In this document: in pieces, positions 55,895 through 64,000 of the stretch
How the letters are laid out: the number at the start of each line of letters is the position of its first letter
Numbering within the stretch: the stretch's first letter is position 1
Assembly: GCA_025998875.1 (NCBI GenBank)
Contig: AP024675.1
Location: forward strand, 821,589 to 885,588
DNA length: 64,000 nucleotides
DNA from: Bacteroidota bacterium
GTDB taxonomy: Bacteria; Bacteroidota; Rhodothermia; JANXDC01
Direction: 5' to 3'
The notes under the pieces: model-generated
The model's input: the letters and a program-made list of their open reading frames with translations, nothing else
What the model was told of the DNA's origin: nothing
Databases searched by the model: none
Made by a program: the position numbers and the translations under genes

Positions 55895-56635
55895 TTATGG
55901 GGTCTTTCCGGTCAGCATCATCCAGGCCTGACGAGCGGCCTCCTGTTCAGCGGCCTTCTTGCTGCGGCCGGTACCGGTACCCAGCGCCCGCCCCTCGACC
56001 CACACGCTCACGGTGAACTCCCGCGCGTGACTGGGTCCGCGCTCTTCTTCCACCCGATAAAACGGAGGGGCCCACCCGCGGGCCTGGGCGAACTCCAGAA
56101 GCAGGCTTTTGTAATTGTCCTCCTGCGCAAGCACGCGCTCCAGATCGCCCTCGCGCAGTAGGCGCCAGAGGAAATACCGTGCCGCCTCGAAGCCCTGATC
56201 CAGAAATATGGCGCCGATCAGCGCCTCAAGGGCGTCGGCCAGCACCGTAGCGTTATATCGCGCCCCGGCGGCCTCGGCTTGAGCGCCGAGCTCAAGCAGG
56301 TCCGGAAGGCCCAGCGCCTTGGCGTATCGGGCCAGATTACGCCCATTGACCAGCTGACTCCGATAGCGCGTCAAGGTGCCCTCATCGGCCTCCGGAAAGC
56401 GGTGAAAAAGAAAATCCGCCACCACCAGCCCCAGCACGGCATCGCCCAGATATTCCAGCCGCTCATACGAACGTCCCCCGAAGGCCACCGAACGATGGCG
56501 AAGCGCCTCCTCAAATAGCTCCCAGCGCCGTACAGGGACGCCCAGCAGGGCCTCGACCCGCTCGCGCCGAGAGCGCCTCGGCGTCTCGGACCCGGAGCGC
56601 AACCATCGGAGGAGCAGTCGCCGGATCCATTTCAT
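55895..56635 (-). CDS. rnc: ribonuclease III
   Basis: RNase III signature ERLEYLGDAVLG and C-terminal dsRBD. Confidence 0.9.
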   Translation of the reverse strand: MKWIRRLLLRWLRSGSETPRRSRRERVEALLGVPVRRWELFEEALRHRSVAFGGRSYERLEYLGDAVLGLVVADFLFHRFPEADEGTLTRYRSQLVNGRNLARYAKALGLPDLLELGAQAEAAGARYNATVLADALEALIGAIFLDQGFEAARYFLWRLLREGDLERVLAQEDNYKSLLLEFAQARGWAPPFYRVEEERGPSHAREFTVSVWVEGRALGTGTGRSKKAAEQEAARQAWMMLTGKTP

Positions 56636-56681
56636 CGCCTGTTTTCTGGTTTAAACACAGCAAGCGCGGCTTTTCGTTTCT

Positions 56682-57935
56682 TCAGGGCTCAAAACGCTTC
56701 AGCGCCAGCGTGGCATTATGCCCCCCGAAGCCAAAGGTGTTGCTGAGCGCCACGCGCACATCGCGCACCTCCGGCCCCCGGGTGGTGTAGTTGAGGTCAC
56801 ACTCCGGATCCGGGGTCGTGTAGTTGATCGTGGGCGGGATTGCGCTGTGGTAGATGGCCAGCACCGTGGCGATGGCCTCCACGGCCCCAGCCGCGCCCAG
56901 AAGGTGGCCGATCATGGACTTCGTAGAGCTGATATTGAGCCGATAGGCATGCTCGCCGAAGACCCTTTTGATGGCCCGCGTCTCGATCTCATCGTTGAAC
57001 GGGGTTGAAGTGCCGTGGGCGTTGATGTAGTCCACCTCCTCCGGTGCCAACCCGGCGTCCTCCAGGGCGGCTTGCATGGCGCGGGCCGCGCCCTCCCCGG
57101 AAGGATCGGGAGCGGTGATGTGGTACGCATCGGCGGAATAGCCCACCCCCACTACCTCGGCATAAATACGCGCCCCCCGGCGCATGGCATGCCCGAGCTC
57201 TTCGAGCACGAGCGCGCCGGCACCCTCACCGAGCACAAAACCATCCCGCGTGGCGTCAAAAGGCCGGCTGGCTGTCTCCGGACTCTCGTTGCGCGTGGAG
57301 AGCGCCTTCATCGCATTGAACCCGGCCACGCCCAGCTCGCAGATAGCCGCCTCCGCCCCTCCGGAGATCATAACATCGGCATACCCCAACTGGATGAGCC
57401 GAAAAGCCTCTCCGATGTTGTGCGTGGCCGTGGCGCAGGCCGAAATGGCCCCGTAATTGGGCCCCTTAAAGCCATAGCGAATCGAGATCTGTCCGGGAGC
57501 GATGTCCGGAATTAGCATGGGGATGAAGAAGGGACTGATCCGGTGGGGCCCTTCCTCAAGCAGCACCCGCGCCTGCTGGGTGAAGACCTGGATACCCCCG
57601 ATCCCGGAACCAAAAACCACCCCGACCCGGGTTTTATCCAGCCCGCGATATTCCAGCAGTCCCGCATCCCGGAGGGCCTCCTCGGCGCTTACGAGCGCAT
57701 ACTGACAGAAAGGGTCTAGCCTACGGGCCGTCTTCCGATCGAAATACGCCAGCGGGTCGAAGCCTTTCAACTCGCAGGCAAAGCGCGTATCATATCCGGA
57801 GGCATCAAAGTACGTAATGGGCCCCGCGCCACTGCGCCCCTCAAGCATGCCCCTCCAGAAATCAGGAACGCTCAGGCCGATCGGCGTGAGCGCTCCCATA
57901 CCGGTTACGACAACCCTTCGTCGCGAAAGAGCCAT
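56682..57935 (-). CDS. fabF: 3-oxoacyl-[ACP] synthase II
   Basis: KAS II active-site Cys (GPNYGAISACATA), His-His pair (…HGTSTP…GHLLGAAG). C-terminal NTFGFGGHNATL. Confidence 0.9.
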   Translation of the reverse strand: MALSRRRVVVTGMGALTPIGLSVPDFWRGMLEGRSGAGPITYFDASGYDTRFACELKGFDPLAYFDRKTARRLDPFCQYALVSAEEALRDAGLLEYRGLDKTRVGVVFGSGIGGIQVFTQQARVLLEEGPHRISPFFIPMLIPDIAPGQISIRYGFKGPNYGAISACATATHNIGEAFRLIQLGYADVMISGGAEAAICELGVAGFNAMKALSTRNESPETASRPFDATRDGFVLGEGAGALVLEELGHAMRRGARIYAEVVGVGYSADAYHITAPDPSGEGAARAMQAALEDAGLAPEEVDYINAHGTSTPFNDEIETRAIKRVFGEHAYRLNISSTKSMIGHLLGAAGAVEAIATVLAIYHSAIPPTINYTTPDPECDLNYTTRGPEVRDVRVALSNTFGFGGHNATLALKRFEP

Positions 57936-57944
57936 AGAAAGGCG

Positions 57945-58184
57945 TCAGCTCAGGTTCAGTTTCTGCTTCAGATAGGCGATCGCATCGCCCACAGTGGCGA
58001 TCTTTTCGGCTTCTTCGTCCGGAATGGTAATACCGAACTGCTTTTCAAACTCCATGATCAGCTCAACCGTATCGAGGGAATCCGCCCCCAGATCATTGGT
58101 AAAGCTGGCCTCGGGGCGGATTTCGCTCTCATCGACCCCGAGCTTGTCGACGATGATCTGCTTGACTTTGGCTTCCAGATCCAT
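57945..58184 (-). CDS. acpP: acyl carrier protein
   Basis: [17 protein letters not shown] phosphopantetheine attachment motif (DSL). Start at MDLEAKV with AGGAGGG SD. Confidence 0.9.
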   Translation of the reverse strand: MDLEAKVKQIIVDKLGVDESEIRPEASFTNDLGADSLDTVELIMEFEKQFGITIPDEEAEKIATVGDAIAYLKQKLNLS

Positions 58185-58250
58185 AACCCATACCCTCCTG
58201 TTTAAGGTGACAGCGGACGAAAGTACAAACTCCATGGAACGGCTCGCAAA

Positions 58251-59006
58251 CTACATGGCCATGCCGCCATCGACCTGGATAACCTGCCCCGTAATATAGC
58301 GGGCCGCCTCGGAAGCGAGGAAAACAACCACATCGGCCACCTCTTCCGGCTGCCCAGTCCGCTTCAGGGGCACAAGCTCCAGCATGGCCTGCCGGGTCGC
58401 CTCCGGCAGCAGGCGCGTCATATCGGTCTCGATAAACCCCGGGGCCACCACGTTGGCCGTAATCCCCCGAGAACCCACCTCCTTGGCCACCGATCGGGTA
58501 AAGCCGATGATCCCGGCCTTGGCCGCCGCGTAATTGGCCTGCCCCGGATTTCCCGTCAACCCCACAACGGAGGAGAGATTAATGATGCGTCCCCAGCGCT
58601 GGCTCATCATGGGACGCAACGCGGCCCGGGTGAAGTAATAAACGCTATCGAGGTTTGTGCGAAGCACCGCATGCCAATCTTCTTCGCGCATACGCACCAG
58701 AAGGCCATCGCGGGTAATGCCGGCGTTGTTGACCAACACATCGAGCCGACCCCATTCCCGAAGCACGTGCTCGACCACAGAAGGAGCGTGGTTCGGATCG
58801 GCGGCATCTCCCTGATAGAGGAGCACACGCCGACCCCGAGCGCGCACGGCCTCGGCTACCGACTCGGCCTCCTGCGCGGCGCTACGAAACGTAAAGGCCA
58901 CATCGGCTCCGGCCTCGGCCAGCGCCAACACAATGGCCCTTCCGATCCCGCGCGATCCCCCCGTGACGAGAGCCACCCGACCCTGCAGCGAAAACCGTTC
59001 GCCCAT
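58251..59006 (-). CDS. fabG: 3-oxoacyl-[ACP] reductase
   Basis: SDR motifs TGGSRGIGRA, NNAG, YxxxK (NYAAAKAG). Start at MGERFSL. Confidence 0.9.
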   Translation of the reverse strand: MGERFSLQGRVALVTGGSRGIGRAIVLALAEAGADVAFTFRSAAQEAESVAEAVRARGRRVLLYQGDAADPNHAPSVVEHVLREWGRLDVLVNNAGITRDGLLVRMREEDWHAVLRTNLDSVYYFTRAALRPMMSQRWGRIINLSSVVGLTGNPGQANYAAAKAGIIGFTRSVAKEVGSRGITANVVAPGFIETDMTRLLPEATRQAMLELVPLKRTGQPEEVADVVVFLASEAARYITGQVIQVDGGMAM

Positions 59007-59016
59007 AGCTTTCCCC

Positions 59017-59946
59017 TCAGCTACGCACCGCCTCCAGCCAGGCGCGCACCTGCTCAGCCGTATCCAGCCCGAACACCTGGGCGTTCGGCACCGTCCGGCG
59101 CACCAGCCCCTGAAGCACACTTCCCGGGCCCACTTCTACGAAGCGTTCGGCCCCGTCTGCGGCCATATGGCGCACACTCTGCGCCCACCGAACAGGTGCC
59201 GTCAATTGCTCCAAAAGCAAAGCCCGAATTTCCTCGGGGTCCTGCGTGGGTCGAGCGGTCACGTTCAGGTAGACCGGACAGATAGGCCTACGCAGGGAGA
59301 CACGCCCCAGCGCCTCGGCCAGCCCCTCACGCGCATGCCGCATGAGGGGAGAGTGAAACGCCCCGCTTACGGCCAGTTCCCGAACCAGCCTGGCCCCCCG
59401 GGCGCGGGCCAGCTCCATGGCCCGCCGGACCCCCTCAATAGAACCCGATATGACCACCTGACCGGGCGCGTTGAAGTTAGCCGGCCGCACCAGCCCCGCC
59501 TCCGCCTCCGCTTCCTGACAGAGCGCCTCCACAGCCTCCTCGTCCAGGCCGATCACGGCGGCCATAGTTCCCGGTTCCCGCTCCCCGGCCTGCTGCATCA
59601 ATTCCCCCCGCAGGCGCACCAGGCGCACCCCGTCGACAAAGTCCAACGCCTCAGCGGCCACAAGAGCCGTATATTCCCCCAAGCTGTGGCCCGCCACCAT
59701 GTCCGGACGCTCCCCGGCAAGACAGGCCCACACGGCCATGCTGTGCACAAAAATAGCTGGCTGGGTATAGGCCGTCTGCCGCAGACGCTCCTCCGGACCC
59801 GAAAAGAGCACCTCCGAAAGGGGGAAACCCAGAATGCGATCGGCTTCTTCAATACGCGCCCTGGCCTCCGGGAAGGCTTCATAGAGGGAGCGGGCCATAC
59901 CCACATACTGAGAACCCTGACCGGGAAAAAGAAACGCCGTCGCCAT
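59017..59946 (-). CDS. fabD: malonyl CoA-ACP transacylase
   Basis: FLFPGQGSQYVGM and GHSLGEY active-site serine motif. Confidence 0.9.
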   Translation of the reverse strand: MATAFLFPGQGSQYVGMARSLYEAFPEARARIEEADRILGFPLSEVLFSGPEERLRQTAYTQPAIFVHSMAVWACLAGERPDMVAGHSLGEYTALVAAEALDFVDGVRLVRLRGELMQQAGEREPGTMAAVIGLDEEAVEALCQEAEAEAGLVRPANFNAPGQVVISGSIEGVRRAMELARARGARLVRELAVSGAFHSPLMRHAREGLAEALGRVSLRRPICPVYLNVTARPTQDPEEIRALLLEQLTAPVRWAQSVRHMAADGAERFVEVGPGSVLQGLVRRTVPNAQVFGLDTAEQVRAWLEAVRS

Positions 59947-59958
59947 ACCCCCTCCGAG

Positions 59959-60999
59959 TCAGGAAGCGGAAAGCTGCGCCTCGGACTCCATCCCGAACCC
60001 GACCCGGGTCCCGTCGTAGGCCCATCGAAGGTATATCGCCCCCCAGGTATACCCGGCTCCGAAGGAGGCCAGAATCAGATTGTCTCCCCGCTTGAGCCTG
60101 GCCTCCCAGTCGTATAGACAGAGCGGGATCGTGGCCGCCGTGGTGTTTCCATAGCGATCGATGTTGACCATCACCTTTTCCCGGCCGATCCCCATGCGGC
60201 GCGCCGTGGCCTCGATGATGCGCCAGTTGGCCTGATGGGGCACCAGGTAAGCCACATCTTCTCCCGAAAGCCCATTGCGGGCCATGATCTCGGCGGCCAC
60301 ATCGGCCATTCCCTCCACGGCCCGCTTAAAAACCGTCGGGCCATCCTGATAGAGAAAATGCATCTTGGCGTCGATCGTCTTGTACGAGGGGGGATTTAAG
60401 CTACCCCCGCCCGGCATACAGAGCGCCTCCGCTCCGGATCCGTCGCAGTATAGACACATGTCCATAATCCCCACTTCGGAATCCAGTGCGGGCTCCAGAA
60501 GCACGGCGCCTGCCGCATCCCCAAAGAGCACACAGGTGCGCCGGTCCGTGTAGTCCGTGATGGCGCTCATCTTGTCGGCCCCAATGACGAGCACTTTCTG
60601 GTGCTGTCCGGAGGCGATAAACTGCGCTCCTGTGGCCAGAGCAAACAGAAACCCACTGCAGGCGGCCGACAGATCAAACCCCCAGGCCCGCCTGGCGCCA
60701 ATGTCACGCTGCACCAAACAGGCGGTGGCGGGAAAGAACATGTCCGGAGTCACCGTGGCCACGATGATCAGATCGATCTCCTCGGGCTCTATGCCCCGCT
60801 TCTGCAACACCTCTTGAGCCGCCCGGGCAGCCATATAGGAGGTCGCCTTAGTGGGATCGCGCAGAATGCGACGCTCTCGGATTCCGGTGCGGACCCGAAT
60901 CCACTCATCCGAGGTATCGACCATCTGCTCCAGATCCTGGTTCGTGAGCCGATCCTCCGGCAGGAAGTGGCCCACGGCCGTAATGGCCGCCCGTATCAT
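59959..60999 (-). CDS. fabH: 3-oxoacyl-[ACP] synthase III
   Basis: KAS III active-site Cys (…[14 protein letters not shown]) and His/Asn (…HQAN…GAGYTWGA). Start at [10 protein letters not shown]. Confidence 0.9.
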   Translation of the reverse strand: MIRAAITAVGHFLPEDRLTNQDLEQMVDTSDEWIRVRTGIRERRILRDPTKATSYMAARAAQEVLQKRGIEPEEIDLIIVATVTPDMFFPATACLVQRDIGARRAWGFDLSAACSGFLFALATGAQFIASGQHQKVLVIGADKMSAITDYTDRRTCVLFGDAAGAVLLEPALDSEVGIMDMCLYCDGSGAEALCMPGGGSLNPPSYKTIDAKMHFLYQDGPTVFKRAVEGMADVAAEIMARNGLSGEDVAYLVPHQANWRIIEATARRMGIGREKVMVNIDRYGNTTAATIPLCLYDWEARLKRGDNLILASFGAGYTWGAIYLRWAYDGTRVGFGMESEAQLSAS

Positions 61000-61027
61000 A
61001 ATAGCGCCTCCTCCACCTTGACGGGCT

Positions 61028-62050
61028 CTACGAGGATACACCGAGGGCGCGCAACGCCTCGGCGATGTGCCGGTTTACTTCCAGGCGCACCATCTCCTCC
61101 GCCCTCCAGAGCATACGGCAGATGGCCCGCGCCGTGGAACGGCCATGCCCGATAATCACCACCCCATTTACACCCAGCAGAGGCACCCCGCCATAATGCT
61201 CATAATCAAACAGGGCGCGCAACTCGCCCAGAATCGCCCCGAGGCCACCAAGGGTCTCCCCGCCAAGGGAGCGCGCATCCAGACGGATGCGCACCAGGCG
61301 CTCGAGCACCTCGGCGAAGGATTCCCCGAACTTGAGCACCACATTACCCACAAACCCGTCACAGACGATCACATCAGCCCGATTCTGGAGCAGATCGCCC
61401 CCCTCGACATTGCCCACAAAACGCAAACCCGGGTCGCGCCCGAGCAGCGCGTACGCCTGCTTGCTGAGCTCGTTGCCCTTGGAGGCCTCTTCGCCGATAT
61501 TGAGCAAGGCAACCCGGGGATTTGCCCGCCCCAGGATGCGCTCCACAAAAATCCGACCCATGTGGGCGAACTGCACCAGATGCTCCGGCCGACAGTCCAC
61601 ATTAGCCCCGACATCGAGCAAAAAGGAGAACCCCTCAGGACCGGGCAGGTAGGCCCCGATGCTGGGACGAGCCACCCCCTCGATGCGGCCCAACACGAAA
61701 AGCGAGGCGGCCATGACCGCCCCCGTATTGCCCGCGCTCACGAAGGCATCGGCCTCCCCCCGAGCATGCAGAGTAAGCCCGACCACGATCGAGCTGCGCG
61801 CCTTGGCCTTGACCGCCGCCGCGGGCCCCTCCTCCATGCCGATCACCTCTGGAGCATCGACAATCCGCAACGGCAAATCTCCCCCGCCCAGCCGATCCAC
61901 CTCGGCCCGCAACAGGGACTCCGGACCCACCAGGATCAGCTCCCGAATGCGCCCGGGCGCTTCGCGCAAGGCCTCTATGGCACCCGCAACGGTCACCCGG
62001 GGAGCATGATCCCCACCCATGGCGTCAAGGGCGATGCGCATGCCCAACAC
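61028..62050 (-). CDS. plsX: phosphate acyltransferase PlsX
   Basis: [15 protein letters not shown]-terminal signature of PlsX. Collinear throughout. Confidence 0.9.
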   Translation of the reverse strand: MLGMRIALDAMGGDHAPRVTVAGAIEALREAPGRIRELILVGPESLLRAEVDRLGGGDLPLRIVDAPEVIGMEEGPAAAVKAKARSSIVVGLTLHARGEADAFVSAGNTGAVMAASLFVLGRIEGVARPSIGAYLPGPEGFSFLLDVGANVDCRPEHLVQFAHMGRIFVERILGRANPRVALLNIGEEASKGNELSKQAYALLGRDPGLRFVGNVEGGDLLQNRADVIVCDGFVGNVVLKFGESFAEVLERLVRIRLDARSLGGETLGGLGAILGELRALFDYEHYGGVPLLGVNGVVIIGHGRSTARAICRMLWRAEEMVRLEVNRHIAEALRALGVSS

Positions 62051-62056
62051 CTTCCG

Positions 62057-62245
62057 CTAAGCCGAACGGACGGGGCTCAGAATCTGGCGACCGCGATAGA
62101 AACCACAATTTCGACAGACGCGATGACGCTCCTTGGGCTCACCGCAGTTCGGACAGGACTCAACGTGATGCGGCATAGCCAGCTTGTAGTGCGTACGCCG
62201 CTTGTCCCGACGAGACTTAGAATGCTTCCGTTTGGGATTGGCCAT
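62057..62245 (-). CDS. rpmF: 50S ribosomal protein L32
   Basis: [19 protein letters not shown]… with zinc-ribbon CPNCG…CRNCG. Confidence 0.9.
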   Translation of the reverse strand: MANPKRKHSKSRRDKRRTHYKLAMPHHVESCPNCGEPKERHRVCRNCGFYRGRQILSPVRSA

Positions 62246-62257
62246 ATGCGATGCTCC

Positions 62258-62734
62258 CTATCTTCCGATGCCTATCACCTCACGGGGACAACCCGATCGA
62301 TGGGGCTCCAGGTTCAGATTCACCCCACACTCTGGACACAACCCCCGGCAGTCCTCATGACAGAGCTGCTTAAGAGGGAGGGAAAGCAACACCGTCTGCC
62401 GAACGTCGTCGGTTACGTCCAGTTCCCGATCGCCAGCCCGCAGGAGCCGGAACTCCTCGGCAGGTAGGCGGGCAGGCTCTTCCGGGGCGAAGAAAATGGA
62501 GTACGCCCCCACCAGCCGCTCCGTATACACCTCCAGACACCGATCGCAGCAGAGCTCTGCCTCCGCCGCCGTTTCAAAGAGCACCAGGTACTGACGCCCC
62601 CGACGCTCGATTTGAATTTCGATCTCCACCTGCCCGCGAAAAGGGCTTTCGACCAGCTCCAGCTCCCCGACGGAATGCGCCAGGCGCATCCGGTGCCAGC
62701 CCTCGGACAGATGCACAATCGGAATACGCACCAT
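62258..62734 (-). CDS. yceD: YceD/DUF177 family protein (large ribosomal RNA subunit accumulation protein)
   Basis: Position upstream of rpmF-plsX as in many bacteria. C-terminal C-x2-C…C-x2-C cluster (CHEDCRGLCPECG). Start at MVRIPIV (62734). Confidence 0.7.
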   Translation of the reverse strand: MVRIPIVHLSEGWHRMRLAHSVGELELVESPFRGQVEIEIQIERRGRQYLVLFETAAEAELCCDRCLEVYTERLVGAYSIFFAPEEPARLPAEEFRLLRAGDRELDVTDDVRQTVLLSLPLKQLCHEDCRGLCPECGVNLNLEPHRSGCPREVIGIGR

Positions 62735-62861
62735 GCCTGCCACACACGTAGGGCACAAAGTTAGAAACCCACCCCCAAAGACACAAGGTGCGTTTTTCAC
62801 AATCTTCCCCTTGACGAAAGCCCTTCCCCACCGTAGGTTTGGGTGTTCCCTGTACCCGGAT

Positions 62862-63058
62862 TGTGGATAACTTGTGCACAAAACACCCCCTCGCTGCATG
62901 CAGCAGGGGAAGACGTGATCTTTCGTGACTTGCCCGAACAGAAATCCACCTTATGATTCATTTATGCGACATAAATGAGCCATTTATTGAGCAAGGTGCG
63001 ATCGAAAATCCTGTTCGAGGAAACGCGTAGGCTGGAGGCTGTGGACAACTTATCCACA
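62862..63058. promoter_or_regulatory. DnaA-box cluster and AT-rich tract upstream of dnaA (candidate oriC / dnaA autoregulatory region)
   Basis: Perfect DnaA boxes TGTGGATAA (62862-62870, reverse orientation) and TTATCCACA (63050-63058). Adjacent 1-mismatch box TGTGGACAA (63040-63048) forms an inverted pair with the latter. A 40-nt ~70% AT tract lies at 62951-62990. All of this sits in the 354-bp spacer between divergent yceD and dnaA. Confidence 0.5.
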
Positions 63059-63088
63059 CAGGGCGATCTCGGGGGACGACCGGAGGGT

Positions 63089-64000
63089 ATGGTCGCCGGT
63101 GGGCTTACGGGTCCGGAGGCGTGGGCTCGCTGCCTGGAGCTGATTCGGGACAATTTGGCTATGCGGGCCTTCAAGACTTGGTTTGAGCCCATCAAGGCCA
63201 CGGGGCTGGTGTGGGAATCCGGGGCGCCGGTTCTCGTGCTGAGCTTGCCCTCGAACTTTTACATCGAATGGATCGAGGAGCATTATGGCAGGCTGCTGTG
63301 GGCCGCCGTGCGCGAGGTGCTGGGTTCCGAGGCTCGGGTACGATACCAGGTAACCCTGGAACACCAGGATAATGAGATCCTGCTCCCCCCTTCCTCCCCC
63401 TCGCCCCGCCCCTCGGAATGGGCCTTTTCCGTCCCGCCTCGCCCTCCTGTAGCAGGCCCGCTGCCTCACCCCATGGTGGTACCCGGATTGCTGCCGCAGT
63501 CTTTTGAGAGCCGGCTTGAACCGACCTATCGATTCGAGAACTTCATCGAGGGGGACTGCAACAAGCTGGCCCGCAGCGCGGCGTGGGCTATCGCACAGAA
63601 CCCGGGCAAGACCTCGTTTAACCCTTTTCTGGTCTACGGCGGGGTGGGGCTTGGCAAAACCCACCTTATTCAAGCCATCGGCAACGAGGTAAAGCGCCGT
63701 CAGCCCAACCTCCGGGTACTTTACGTATCCAGCGAAACGTTCACGAACGAGTTCGTCGCCGCCATCCAGCACAATCGGATCAGCGAGTTTTCCCGGTTCT
63801 ATCGGGAGATCGATCTGCTCATCGTCGATGATGTGCAGTTCTTCGCCGGAAAAGAGCGCACGCAGGAGGAGTTCTTCCACATCTTCAACGCGCTTCGGCA
63901 GAACCAGCGTCAGATCGTGCTCTCCTCCGATCGCCCTCCCCGGGATTTACAGGGCCTGACTGATCGCCTCCTGTCCCGTTTCAGCTGTGGGCTCAGCGTG
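63089..64000 (+). CDS. dnaA: chromosomal replication initiator protein DnaA (3' end outside window)
   Basis: Not in the supplied ORF track because there is no stop in the window. My translation from ATG 63089 (GGAGGG SD) gives MVAGGLTGPEAWARCLELIRDNLAMRAFKTWFEPIKA… then AAA+ motifs FNPFLVYGGVGLGKTHLIQAIGNE (Walker A), LLIVDDVQF (Walker B) and SSDRPP sensor region. Confidence 0.9.
   Translation, partial: MVAGGLTGPEAWARCLELIRDNLAMRAFKTWFEPIKATGLVWESGAPVLVLSLPSNFYIEWIEEHYGRLLWAAVREVLGSEARVRYQVTLEHQDNEILLPPSSPSPRPSEWAFSVPPRPPVAGPLPHPMVVPGLLPQSFESRLEPTYRFENFIEGDCNKLARSAAWAIAQNPGKTSFNPFLVYGGVGLGKTHLIQAIGNEVKRRQPNLRVLYVSSETFTNEFVAAIQHNRISEFSRFYREIDLLIVDDVQFFAGKERTQEEFFHIFNALRQNQRQIVLSSDRPPRDLQGLTDRLLSRFSCGLSV

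Noticed and set aside
63050-63880. 276-aa minus-strand ORF
   Set aside because: Lies antisense to the clearly recognisable dnaA reading frame (Walker A/B, DnaA N-terminus). Judged a shadow ORF.
1-64000. CRISPR arrays, integrases, transposases, prophage or restriction-modification/defence gene signatures
   Set aside because: No short regularly spaced repeats noticed. No ORF translation showed integrase (R…HxxR…Y), transposase DDE, terminase, capsid or methyltransferase/restriction motifs. The window reads as core chromosome (dcw, fab, dnaA neighbourhood) plus envelope and salvage genes.

Overview
High-GC (~65% by eye) bacterial chromosomal segment with two long core stretches. Nearly every gene identity below is my motif-level reading of the supplied translations; no database search was possible. 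The right third (38.6-62.7 kb, all minus strand) carries a complete dcw cell-division/cell-wall cluster: mraZ-rsmH-ftsL-ftsI-murE-mraY-murD-ftsW-murG-murC-murB-ftsQ-ftsA-ftsZ. murF is absent. Upstream of it on the same strand are gcvPB and a classic fatty-acid/ribosomal cluster: yceD-rpmF-plsX-fabH-fabD-fabG-acpP-fabF-rnc. The cluster ends next to a divergent dnaA whose upstream spacer contains perfect DnaA boxes and an AT-rich tract, so I propose it as oriC. The left two thirds contain a tRNA-Arg(ACG), two translationally coupled multi-PAS/GAF hybrid histidine kinases, and a long translationally coupled minus-strand envelope operon. That operon encodes a ~960-aa protein that looks like a fusion of a zinc-peptidase domain, a TolB-like beta-propeller and an Omp85-like barrel, plus a BamB-like PQQ lipoprotein, a deoxynucleoside kinase and an HD-domain tRNA nucleotidyltransferase. 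Also present are a nucleoside-salvage pair (tdk-nupC), cspA with a long leader, ahcY, a Tat-signal SOD, mutY, maf, miaA, rpiB, menaquinone (futalosine-route) genes ubiE and mqnA/D, and pruA. No CRISPR array, integrase, transposase or obvious prophage signature was seen. Many long antisense shadow ORFs typical of high GC were discarded. The gene content is compatible with a thermophilic Bacteroidota/Rhodothermota-like organism, but that attribution is a guess.
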